Source: a virus (lineage: Duplodnaviria; Heunggongvirae; Uroviricota; Caudoviricetes). From it: a stretch of DNA of 64,000 nt. Position numbers and translations under genes: made by a program. The notes under the pieces were generated by a model. The model made no database searches and was not told where the DNA came from. It saw only the letters and a program-made list of their open reading frames with translations. The stretch lies in the IMG/VR virus record IMGVR_UViG_3300045049_000270. The stretch is one strand, 5' to 3'. Numbering within the stretch: the stretch's first letter is position 1; every line of letters begins with the position of its first letter. Of the stretch, positions 49,125-56,919 are shown piece after piece.

Positions 49125-49417
49125 AAGTACGCCAAAATTGCTGCTACAACATCACTATCTGTTTCGATTTCCATCCATTGACCATTTTTCATGACAATGA
49201 TTGGAATATCAGTTAATTCTGCATTTTCTTCTTTTACTTTAAACGCGTCACTGATAGCATTTTTCAATGGTTGATATTGAGCTTGCTCATATATGTCATG
49301 ATCATCATAGAAGATGAGTAAGTCGTGTTCATAATACCAACTAGGGACTAGAACAGCAAAAGCATCAGCGGTTGTTGAGTAGAAAATCCCAATGTTGTAG
49401 AAATCTAGAGGTTTCAT
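49121..49417 (-). CDS. Small paralogue-array protein
   Basis: PLKNAISDA..IPIIVM..IETDSDVVAAILAY. Confidence 0.75.
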   Translation of the reverse strand: MKPLDFYNIGIFYSTTADAFAVLVPSWYYEHDLLIFYDDHDIYEQAQYQPLKNAISDAFKVKEENAELTDIPIIVMKNGQWMEIETDSDVVAAILAYL

Positions 49418-49647
49418 TTTGAATACTTCAAAATTGCAAGTAATGCATCATTTTCACTTTCGACGACAAAAACACCGTCTTTTTCCATTAGGAGAATTTC
49501 CAGATAGTTCAAATAATCGTAATTTACCCGCAAATTCGCTGCCGTTTCTAGTGCCTGCGTGAAAGTCAGCCGTTCAATCCATGTATTATATGAAGGATAG
49601 ATCCTTTCAGGATCAGGATATCGGACAACCCAAGGTTTCTTTTTCAT
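49414..49647 (-). CDS. Small paralogue-array protein (true start may be 49681, with a 1-nt frameshift)
   Basis: PWVVRYP..TFTQALETA..VESENDALLAILKYS. Confidence 0.7.
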   Translation of the reverse strand: MKKKPWVVRYPDPERIYPSYNTWIERLTFTQALETAANLRVNYDYLNYLEILLMEKDGVFVVESENDALLAILKYSK

Positions 49648-49677
49648 CTTGGTGATATGTTATTGTTATCGCTTTTC

Positions 49678-49986
49678 TCATAATCCACTGTATTTCAAAA
49701 AGAACTCTAGAGCGGCGATCTCATCGTCAAGATAAACTCGGTCACTATTACAAACCATGATAATTGGTAGTTCACCGTACATCTCAGGTGCCAAAGTCTT
49801 CAACTTTTTAGCTATTCGTATCGCATCATTCAAATCAGTAGCACGATCTTTGCTGTACATAACATCACCAGATACTGACCAACGAAGAAACTCTTTGCCG
49901 TTAAGTGTTGGCCATTTGACAACCCATTTTGTATATTTGGCAATAATGGCGTCAGTCTCCAACATAATGTAAATCTTCTCAGACAT
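49678..49986 (-). CDS. Small paralogue-array protein
   Basis: KWVVKWP..DLNDAIRIAK..LPIIMV..LDDEIAALEFFLKYS. Confidence 0.75.
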   Translation of the reverse strand: MSEKIYIMLETDAIIAKYTKWVVKWPTLNGKEFLRWSVSGDVMYSKDRATDLNDAIRIAKKLKTLAPEMYGELPIIMVCNSDRVYLDDEIAALEFFLKYSGL

Positions 49987-49990
49987 TACA

Positions 49991-50425
49991 TCATCCCATT
50001 AGCGATAGATCCCCTAGGATCGACGCCAAATCGTCTTTCGGACCAAATACATATCCGCACGTGTCCAGTGGAATCAAATGCGTTACAGAGCCGTCTCGTA
50101 GGGGATAGGTAGGATCATGACATACACCACACACATGGCCTGCTTGAACAGCGGCCAAGAGTTTCTGCTGAAGAAGCGTTCCATCGACACTCAAAGTAAT
50201 GGCGGTGCCAAACCCACGATCACCCTTCCAATGATCGAACAGAGCACGTTCAAAGTCTGAACGAGTGCCATGCTTCATGACATTCTCGAATAAGTTGGTA
50301 GCATGTGAACCCTGGGCAACTGCTTTGCCAGGGTTCATGCTGGCAAGATCTGTGCGCATCAGGATATAGAGGCATGGCTCAGATGAATATGAAACTGCGT
50401 TCTTTTGTTTTTCTTTTGACATCAT
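49991..50425 (-). CDS. Peptidyl-tRNA hydrolase PTH2-like protein
   Basis: LYILMRTDL.SMNPGKAVAQGSHA N-terminal PTH2 motif; T..YVFGP near the C-terminus. Confidence 0.75.
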   Translation of the reverse strand: MMSKEKQKNAVSYSSEPCLYILMRTDLASMNPGKAVAQGSHATNLFENVMKHGTRSDFERALFDHWKGDRGFGTAITLSVDGTLLQQKLLAAVQAGHVCGVCHDPTYPLRDGSVTHLIPLDTCGYVFGPKDDLASILGDLSLMG

Positions 50426-50443
50426 TCACTCCAATGGTAGAGT
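50416..50443 (+). promoter_or_regulatory. Putative sigma70 promoter for candidate ncRNA B
   Basis: TTGACA-N16-TAGAGT with TGn extension; predicted start about 50450. Confidence 0.6.
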
Positions 50444-50449
50444 GAATGG

Positions 50450-50791
50450 TAACACTAACTCAGTGACTTGTGTATGGTTTGGCAACCAGTTTATCTGAAA
50501 TGGCTTTCACTATGAGTTCATTTACTACTGTAACAACAGATCTAGCATCAAAGAGCCCGCCAGCATAGCTCATGTCTGGGCGAACACCGAATACATGATT
50601 CCAGCAGTAAGCAAGCCTAGCTTATTCGGTGTAAGCCTAATAGATCCATATGGTGTATATAGGGTTCGGTCTTCACTGCTCATAAGCTCACGCAGTAAGT
50701 CGACTGTAAAGATTGCATGCGATAGCAGCATATTAGGAACCTCTACATACAATACGTGTAAGAGTAACACACATGCAGATGAGTAGTGTTA
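50450..50791 (+). ncRNA. Candidate large structured ncRNA B (about 340 nt)
   Basis: Ends pair (TAACACTAACTCA / TGAGTAGTGTTA); internal stems ACACCGAATA/TATTCGGTGT, CCTAATA/TATTAGG and ATGAGTT/AGCTCAT; G-U pairs favour the + strand. Confidence 0.6.
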
Positions 50792-50815
50792 AAACCGTGT
50801 TAAACGTATTAGGTA

Positions 50816-50843
50816 TTGACTAGAAGGCGGTATCGTATAGACT
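50816..50843 (+). promoter_or_regulatory. Putative sigma70 (early) promoter
   Basis: TTGACT-N16-TAGACT; same -10 as the promoter at 56920. Confidence 0.65.
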
Positions 50844-50868
50844 GCATTTTTCATTAGGATTGGCAACG

Positions 50869-51048
50869 ATGAAAACCCTAGACGAATTTATCGGCACGAT
50901 ATTGACAGAGGATGAAATCGAACAACTACAAGAACAAGGCGTTCGCGTTAAACGCCCTGGATTCATGTACACCATGGAGTTCATCGGTAGTCGTGTAAAT
51001 GTTCATTTGGATAAACAAAATATGGTTCTTGGAATCAATCAGGGTTGA
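50869..51048 (+). CDS. Peptidase inhibitor I78 / potato inhibitor I-like protein
   Basis: VRVKRPGFMYTMEFIGSRVNVHLD...V..I..G fits the family pattern VRxxxPGxxxTMDxxxxRxNxxxD. Confidence 0.7.
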   Translation: MKTLDEFIGTILTEDEIEQLQEQGVRVKRPGFMYTMEFIGSRVNVHLDKQNMVLGINQG

Positions 51049-51068
51049 TCTTGGTAAGCTTGCCTTGA

Positions 51069-51338
51069 TTGGCAATAAAGTTTGCCATATCATCTATGTT
51101 TTCAAAACATTCAAATAAAATGAACGAAATCGTAGTCAACAACACTCAACAGCAAGTGACAGCGTCTTTTGATCTTCTGAATTTCATAATTAGTATGACA
51201 GAAGAAATTCTGTCAGATGTGGAATTCGCTTACCCCCGCAATGAATTTGATGAAGAACGAGCTAATACGATGCTACAAAAAATCCAAGGGGAAGCACGAG
51301 CGTTAAAGACCGTGGTCGAAAATATTAAGAAGTCATGA
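51069..51338 (+). CDS. Hypothetical helical protein
   Basis: ORF coupled to the next gene; start uncertain. Confidence 0.6.
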   Translation: MAIKFAISSMFSKHSNKMNEIVVNNTQQQVTASFDLLNFIISMTEEILSDVEFAYPRNEFDEERANTMLQKIQGEARALKTVVENIKKS

Positions 51339-51631
51339 TCTTCTTGATGCCCTTGATTGAAAATCGTAGATCAAGAAAATACTGGCAAGTCAAAGCAGGA
51401 ATCAAAATCGACGTTGTTGGGAAACGTATACGTAATTTTGATTTCAAAGATGACAACGCGCTGCAATTCAAATCCTTCCGTGAAGCCATGTTATTTGTCA
51501 AGGAAAAATGGGGATTCCCGATTGCAATATCAGACTGGGTTTTCGGTTCAGAACCAGCCTCTAACGTGCATGACGTAGAGATCGTCATGAATGAAACGGA
51601 AGCCATACAAGCACTTCTTCAATACACATGA
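51335..51631 (+). CDS. Small paralogue-array protein
   Basis: YWQVKA..SFREAMLFVK..FPIAI..VMNETEAIQALLQY. Confidence 0.75.
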   Translation: MIFLMPLIENRRSRKYWQVKAGIKIDVVGKRIRNFDFKDDNALQFKSFREAMLFVKEKWGFPIAISDWVFGSEPASNVHDVEIVMNETEAIQALLQYT

Positions 51632-51930
51632 TCAATTGTCCATTGATAGCTTGGAGTAGATGGAGTCGATGGAGTCCATACCGTTGGTATATCTATCCAA
51701 ATGCAACATTTGATATTGAAGATAATATAATCATAAAATATAGACTTTCGACTTTACCTACTTCGGATGAAAAACCCAAGTCGTTTTCTGAAACGTTGGC
51801 TTCAGTTAAAAAGGATTACCACTATCCAATAGTGGTATTTAAGAATGAAATTGATAAAGCAACATCAGATTCTTTATTCATCATCGAAAATGAACATGAT
51901 GAAGTCGAAGCTATATTGAAATTCTCATGA
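51628..51930 (+). CDS. Small paralogue-array protein
   Basis: RWYIYP..SFSETLASVK..YPIVVF..IENEHDEVEAILKFS. Confidence 0.75.
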   Translation: MINCPLIAWSRWSRWSPYRWYIYPNATFDIEDNIIIKYRLSTLPTSDEKPKSFSETLASVKKDYHYPIVVFKNEIDKATSDSLFIIENEHDEVEAILKFS

Positions 51931-52244
51931 TCGAAAAAGTATTGTTGGTTTATTACATCTGCTATGACCAAACGTGGGAATTGCTGTTTGATGCAGAAAT
52001 AAATGTTGATGATGGATTTGGATTTCTCTATACGGTTGGGACATCAGAACACAGTTTTGATTCGTTCAGTGTAGCAATCAAATCAGCATGGTTCTATAAA
52101 AATAAGATCGATGCAAGACTTGGTGATAAACGCAAATTGTTTGTGATCAAGAATCCACGTGATAGTCGATTCTTCAACGATGATATAAGTATGTCGATAG
52201 AAACTGATAATGATATGGTTGAAGCCATTCTGAGGTTTTCATGA
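51927..52244 (+). CDS. Small paralogue-array protein
   Basis: TWELLF..SFSVAIKSA..IETDNDMVEAILRFS. Confidence 0.75.
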   Translation: MIEKVLLVYYICYDQTWELLFDAEINVDDGFGFLYTVGTSEHSFDSFSVAIKSAWFYKNKIDARLGDKRKLFVIKNPRDSRFFNDDISMSIETDNDMVEAILRFS

Positions 52245-52564
52245 GTACCGAAATCATAGCCACCTTAGTTGGTCCAGTCCCCGAAGCTTGGGAATTACAA
52301 CCTTGGGTGGTTTACCCGAATAGAACAGTATTCGTCAATGATCAATTAAATCAAATTACCTTAGAACTATTCACATCTGGTAGATGGGATAAGGTCTTAA
52401 ATCTGTTCATCCCAGAAAAATTGGGCCAAAAGTTTGTAAAAACCAGGCAAGAAGCAATCACTTACGCATTAACATTGGGTAAACCAGTTGTAATTAAAAC
52501 GACAAATAGATTAGTCCTAATAAATGACGAATATGAAGCTATAGTAGCTCTATTAGATCAATAA
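52241..52564 (+). CDS. Small paralogue-array protein
   Basis: PWVVYP..TRQEAITYA..KPVVI..INDEYEAIVALL. Confidence 0.75.
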   Translation: MSTEIIATLVGPVPEAWELQPWVVYPNRTVFVNDQLNQITLELFTSGRWDKVLNLFIPEKLGQKFVKTRQEAITYALTLGKPVVIKTTNRLVLINDEYEAIVALLDQ

Positions 52565-52566
52565 AA

Positions 52567-52592
52567 TGATGGCACCTAATTAGGTGCCATCA
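52567..52592. terminator. Perfect 26-nt palindrome between convergent genes
   Basis: TGATGGCACCTAA|TTAGGTGCCATCA. Confidence 0.7.
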
Positions 52593-52609
52593 ACCAATAC
52601 AACCACCAA

Positions 52610-53398
52610 TTAACCTATCGAAAAGCCATATCCACCGGCACGTGAATCGATTAGATCCTTCAATTCCTTCTCCAATCTCTCCATCTCAGCCGCCGCTTCA
52701 GTCTTCAAAGCTTCACCATTCAGCTGAAATCCACCCTGCGGTCCAGCAATCTGGCTAAACATACCACGAGCTTCACCTAACATCTGTTTACACACCGCAG
52801 TTGTATAATCACGCAACCACGGACGTGCATATGTATCCGCAAATAATACTTCCTCAGGACGGGTATTCCATACCTGCATTAAGATAGTTTCAACAGCCAC
52901 AAACGCACGGTCAAATGTGATACGATGACTTACCGGCTCCCATTGAAACAATAACTCACGACCAAACATACGGCCAGCTTGACTCTGAAATTGCATCGCT
53001 AAGTCATAGGTGGCTAACGTACCAGATCCACCAGCACTCATACCACCAGGATTGTTGATCAAATACAAATTGTTCGAAAACGCAAGACTGAACGGATCAA
53101 TCTGGGGACCACCCTGGTTACCACCAATACCACGACGAAAAACCTTAGTAACCTCCTGAACCTCATTAGGCAAAGTATATTGAGTAGTATCCGGTTGAAG
53201 ATCCAAAAAGATATACGATTCCTCCAACGAATTATTCGATCTCTGGCGATAACGATCCAATGCATATTGCACAGCTAAATCATAATGCTCAGGGTCTAAA
53301 TCAATATCAATCATACCAGAACCAAGTCGTAATTGCACTTCCTTGATAATCCTCTGGCGTCCACTCATCTGATTGGAATCCATATACCAATCCCCCAT
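52610..53398 (-). CDS. gp13: Neck protein, gp13-like
   Basis: LRLGSGMIDIDLDPEH; WLRDYTTAVCKQMLGEARG.F..IAGPQGG..LNG; late-promoter core at 53413-53419. Confidence 0.88.
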   Translation of the reverse strand: MGDWYMDSNQMSGRQRIIKEVQLRLGSGMIDIDLDPEHYDLAVQYALDRYRQRSNNSLEESYIFLDLQPDTTQYTLPNEVQEVTKVFRRGIGGNQGGPQIDPFSLAFSNNLYLINNPGGMSAGGSGTLATYDLAMQFQSQAGRMFGRELLFQWEPVSHRITFDRAFVAVETILMQVWNTRPEEVLFADTYARPWLRDYTTAVCKQMLGEARGMFSQIAGPQGGFQLNGEALKTEAAAEMERLEKELKDLIDSRAGGYGFSIG

Positions 53399-53477
53399 AT
53401 AGTAATTACCAATATTTATCGCAATTCCTCATCAATTAACACTCCAGTAGCTTCCCAAAAACAACCCCCATTATCAC

Positions 53478-53760
53478 CACGAATATTCCATGGAGGTACC
53501 TAATACTCATCACGAAGTATTACCAAAACCCAGAGAGAAGTCGTCAAAATCCTCAACGAAGAACTCATGAAGGTTATCCATGACACCCTAATCATGAATA
53601 GAAACCCCGAGAGAACTACAAAAATTGGCTATACCACTACTATGGTGGTTAAACCAATAATGAAGAAACCACCAATAATATCAACGAATATTCATGGAGG
53701 TTGAGATCGTTTCAGGGTCTACGGACCCTTCATGGACGACATCAAACCCAGAGAGAAGTC
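53478..53760 (+). repeat. Three copies of the bipartite arm-hairpin-arm element
   Basis: Left arms (CGAAtAtTCATGrAGGT) at 53478, 53556 and 53684; right arms (AAACCCmGAGAGAAsT) at 53526, 53602 and 53744; hairpin spacers between them. Confidence 0.85.
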
Positions 53761-53867
53761 TTCAAATTTGGTGAGTATTTTTAGCATCAAATTAGTGTGA
53801 TGGCACAACATCATTCGCTAGAAATCGCATAGCAATAAACGCTTGAGATTTGGTAGGTGAATTCCCG

Positions 53868-53874
53868 ATAAATA
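53868..53874 (+). promoter_or_regulatory. Putative late promoter (ATAAATA)
   Basis: Upstream of gp14 and its GAGGGAG RBS. Confidence 0.6.
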
Positions 53875-53895
53875 TACAATCTGAGGGAGACTTTA

Positions 53896-54981
53896 ATGCC
53901 AAGACTTTCTATCTGGAATTCTGGACGGAAATCCAATAACTACAAATTCATAGACCGTTCCATCGCTCAATACTTCCAAGTGGGAGGTACAGCCATCCTT
54001 GTACACAAATACATTGGTATTCAGGATCCGAATGGTGTGGACGAAAACGGTAATCCGAATGGGGTTGCTCCTGGTGGGGAGACAAAAATTCAGGATATCC
54101 TATTCTTGGAGAATCGTGATCGAGCTTATGCGCCTGATGTTTACGAATTGCGTGGCATCTATAATGTTTCAGACTCTGAATTCGATCTATCGCAATTTGG
54201 TCTCTTCCTTCAGAATGACACGGTATTCATTGAAGTTCATCTCAATGACATGATCAAGATCCTGGGTCGAAAACTGATGCCAGGTGATGTAATCGAACTT
54301 CCACATTTGCGCGATGATGCTTTATTGGATCCGAATGCGCCAGCAATCAACAAATTCTATTCCATCAGTGATTCTGACCGTGCAAGTGATGGATACTCTC
54401 AGACATGGTATCCACATATCTGGCGTGTGAAATGCGCACCACTTACTGACTCACAAGAATACGAACAGATTTTGCAACAGAATGCATTGGATCCGTTTGG
54501 ACTCGAAACAAACACCAAATTACAGGATATTATGTCCAATGTGGCAACCACTATGGGTATTGATAATTCAGTAGTGGCCGAAGCCAAACAATACGTTAAG
54601 GAACGATATTTCCAGACTCAGCAGTACTACATTGTTCCTGGGGATGAAATTGGTAGCCAATATCCATGGGTTTTTGCTGGAGATGGTGTACCCCCAGATG
54701 GTGCAGTTCCGGTCGGTGCTGGTAACGTCTTCCCAATTAATGCAAATGTAGGTGATTACTATTTGCGTACAGATTACGAACCAAATGTTCTATTCCAGAA
54801 AGATGCAAACGGTTCATGGATTCGACAAGAACTGGATTATCGTCAGCAAGATTGGAGTATGGCAACCAGAGTGCTGGAGAGCTTCATAAATAACAACAAT
54901 ACTACCACACTTAATGACGGCTCTGTGGTCCCACAAAAACAACCGCTTAGCCGCGTGGTACTTCCTAAGGTGGACTTCTAA
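53896..54981 (+). CDS. gp14: Neck protein, gp14-like
   Basis: IQDILFLENRDR.Y; FDLSQFGLF; GRKLMPGDVIELPH; position before gp15. Confidence 0.8.
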   Translation: MPRLSIWNSGRKSNNYKFIDRSIAQYFQVGGTAILVHKYIGIQDPNGVDENGNPNGVAPGGETKIQDILFLENRDRAYAPDVYELRGIYNVSDSEFDLSQFGLFLQNDTVFIEVHLNDMIKILGRKLMPGDVIELPHLRDDALLDPNAPAINKFYSISDSDRASDGYSQTWYPHIWRVKCAPLTDSQEYEQILQQNALDPFGLETNTKLQDIMSNVATTMGIDNSVVAEAKQYVKERYFQTQQYYIVPGDEIGSQYPWVFAGDGVPPDGAVPVGAGNVFPINANVGDYYLRTDYEPNVLFQKDANGSWIRQELDYRQQDWSMATRVLESFINNNNTTTLNDGSVVPQKQPLSRVVLPKVDF

Positions 54982-55481
54982 TGGCAGATATGAATTTCAG
55001 TGATGCTTGCATCAATTTGATCAAGCAATTTGAGGGCTTGGCTCGTTATGACCAGTCAACTGGATTGGTCTATCCATACAAGGATCCAATTGGTCTCCCA
55101 ACAATTGGTTATGGTAGTCGTATCGACCTGAATGAGTGTGCAGTCACAATGCAAACTGCCCCAATGACTACAGATCAATGTGAACAATTGCTCGAGATGG
55201 TACTTGGACAATTTGTTGATGCGGTTAACTCAATTGTAACTGTCGATTTGACCCAACATCAGTTCGACGCGTTGGTGGATTTCGCATATAATGCAGGTGT
55301 TGGTAATCTGAAGTCATCCACCCTTTTGAAATATGTGAATGCTGGTAATTTTGATGCTGCCGCAAATGAATTCCCAAAATGGAATAAAGCTCGCCAAAAT
55401 GGAGTGTTGGTTGCCCTACCTGGGTTGACTCGCCGCCGCAATGCCGAACGCACATTGTTCTTGACACCGGACGCTCAATAA
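54981..55481 (+). CDS. Phage lysozyme (GH24)
   Basis: IKQFEG..Y.DPIGLPTIGYG; QFDALVDFAYNAG; LPGLTRRRNAER.LF. Confidence 0.92.
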   Translation: MADMNFSDACINLIKQFEGLARYDQSTGLVYPYKDPIGLPTIGYGSRIDLNECAVTMQTAPMTTDQCEQLLEMVLGQFVDAVNSIVTVDLTQHQFDALVDFAYNAGVGNLKSSTLLKYVNAGNFDAAANEFPKWNKARQNGVLVALPGLTRRRNAERTLFLTPDAQ

Positions 55482-56914
55482 TGGCTGTAACACCAACGTT
55501 CAATACCGTTGATTTCTTCTACGATGGCCAGATCAAACGTTTCTTACTTCAAGTAATTCGTGCATTTTCTGGCTTTCAATATCAAACTGGTGTGCTTGCT
55601 GACGGTACCCAGCAGACCCGAGTTGTACCATGCCGTATGGCTACGCAAAACCGCCAAGTCGGTTATATCATGCAGAACAACTCTGCAAACACTTTGACTT
55701 CTTGTCCACTGATTACAGTCTTCATCAAGGGTGTAGAAATCAATCGTGAACGTACACAGTCACCTTCCCATGTTAGTACTGTTCATGTGAACGAGCGACA
55801 GTTCAACCCAGCTACTCAACAATATACAGGTGCTTTGGGTAACCAATACACGATTGAACGTCGTATGCCACATCCACTGGATATTACGATTCAGGTGGAT
55901 GTATGGACCAGCAATGAAATGCAAAAACACCAACTGTTTGAACAAATATTCATGATGTTCAATGTTGGTTTCGATATTCAGAACTCTGATAATCCAGTTG
56001 ATTGGTCAGCATTGACAACCATGTTATTAGAGGATGTGACTTGGAGTTCAAAAGCCATCCCTGTTGGTTCTAGTGATCAAATTGACATCATGACATTTAT
56101 GTTCAAGTTACCAGTTTGGATTACACCTCCAGCGAAGGTAAAGGAACAGCATATGATCCAACAGATTGTTACCAATATTCACAACAATTCAACAGAAATA
56201 TATCACGATTTAGATAACGGCTATATGTTGCCAGATACTGCCGGATATGAAGGTGGGGGTGGTATTGGTCCTATTACATCACGTGTAATTACAACGCCCG
56301 GTGATAATCAAATTGAGATTTCTAATGGTATTATCACATTACTCGGACCAGATGGTAGCCAAACTGATGCAAATGGTAATATTTTCAAATGGTCGGATTT
56401 GATAGTAAAGTATGGTACTTTGGTGCCAGCTCATAGTGCTTTGCGATTAATTCATAGCATTGATGATGGCTATTCCAACCTAGATGTGATTGGGACGATC
56501 CAATATGGTACGCAGCCTAATCAGTTAGTCTGGCAAGTAAATGTCGATACTTTACCAAGCAATACGTTGCCAGCAATCAATGCAATTATTAATCCGCTTA
56601 CTACATATCCAGGTGCAACATTAGCAAATGGAACAATATTTCCAGCCGCCGTGTCGGGCCAGAGTTATATGATAACTGAGGATGTGGCTGGGGGTATTGC
56701 TTGGGGTCAGGGTATCAATGCATCTGCTGGTGATATTATTACATATACGAATAGTGGTTGGGTAATCTCTTTTGATGCATCACAAGCTACTTCAATTCAA
56801 TTTGTGTCTAACTTGAGTTCAGGAGCACAATTGAAGTACGATCCCACTGCTGGTCGATGGCAAATGGCTATCGACGGCACCTATTATGCTGGTTACTGGC
56901 GCCTACAATTATAA
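55481..56914 (+). CDS. gp15: Tail terminator / sheath stabiliser, gp15-like, with C-terminal extension
   Basis: FFYDGQIKRF..Q.IR.FS; MPHP..I...VDVWTSN..QK.QL.EQI; PVWITPP. Confidence 0.82.
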   Translation: MAVTPTFNTVDFFYDGQIKRFLLQVIRAFSGFQYQTGVLADGTQQTRVVPCRMATQNRQVGYIMQNNSANTLTSCPLITVFIKGVEINRERTQSPSHVSTVHVNERQFNPATQQYTGALGNQYTIERRMPHPLDITIQVDVWTSNEMQKHQLFEQIFMMFNVGFDIQNSDNPVDWSALTTMLLEDVTWSSKAIPVGSSDQIDIMTFMFKLPVWITPPAKVKEQHMIQQIVTNIHNNSTEIYHDLDNGYMLPDTAGYEGGGGIGPITSRVITTPGDNQIEISNGIITLLGPDGSQTDANGNIFKWSDLIVKYGTLVPAHSALRLIHSIDDGYSNLDVIGTIQYGTQPNQLVWQVNVDTLPSNTLPAINAIINPLTTYPGATLANGTIFPAAVSGQSYMITEDVAGGIAWGQGINASAGDIITYTNSGWVISFDASQATSIQFVSNLSSGAQLKYDPTAGRWQMAIDGTYYAGYWRLQL

Positions 56915-56919
56915 TTCAC

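Noticed and set aside
50570-50786. Two overlapping 63-66 aa ORFs on opposite strands
   Set aside because: No RBS, no recognisable motif, and they overlap each other; base-pairing explains the region better.
46557-52564. Diversity-generating retroelement or integron as the source of the paralogue arrays
   Set aside because: No reverse transcriptase or integrase in the window, no near-identical template/variable repeat pair, and the genes overlap with no room for attC sites.
53526-53542. Resemblance of CCAGAGAGAAGTC to hairpin-ribozyme or glycine-riboswitch segments
   Set aside because: The partner strands and other conserved cores were not found by eye; a short purine-rich match is not enough.
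53478-53760. CRISPR array reading of the repeats (also 22752-22903)
   Set aside because: Two different alternating arms, irregular spacing, self-complementary spacers, degenerate copies, and no cas gene in the window.
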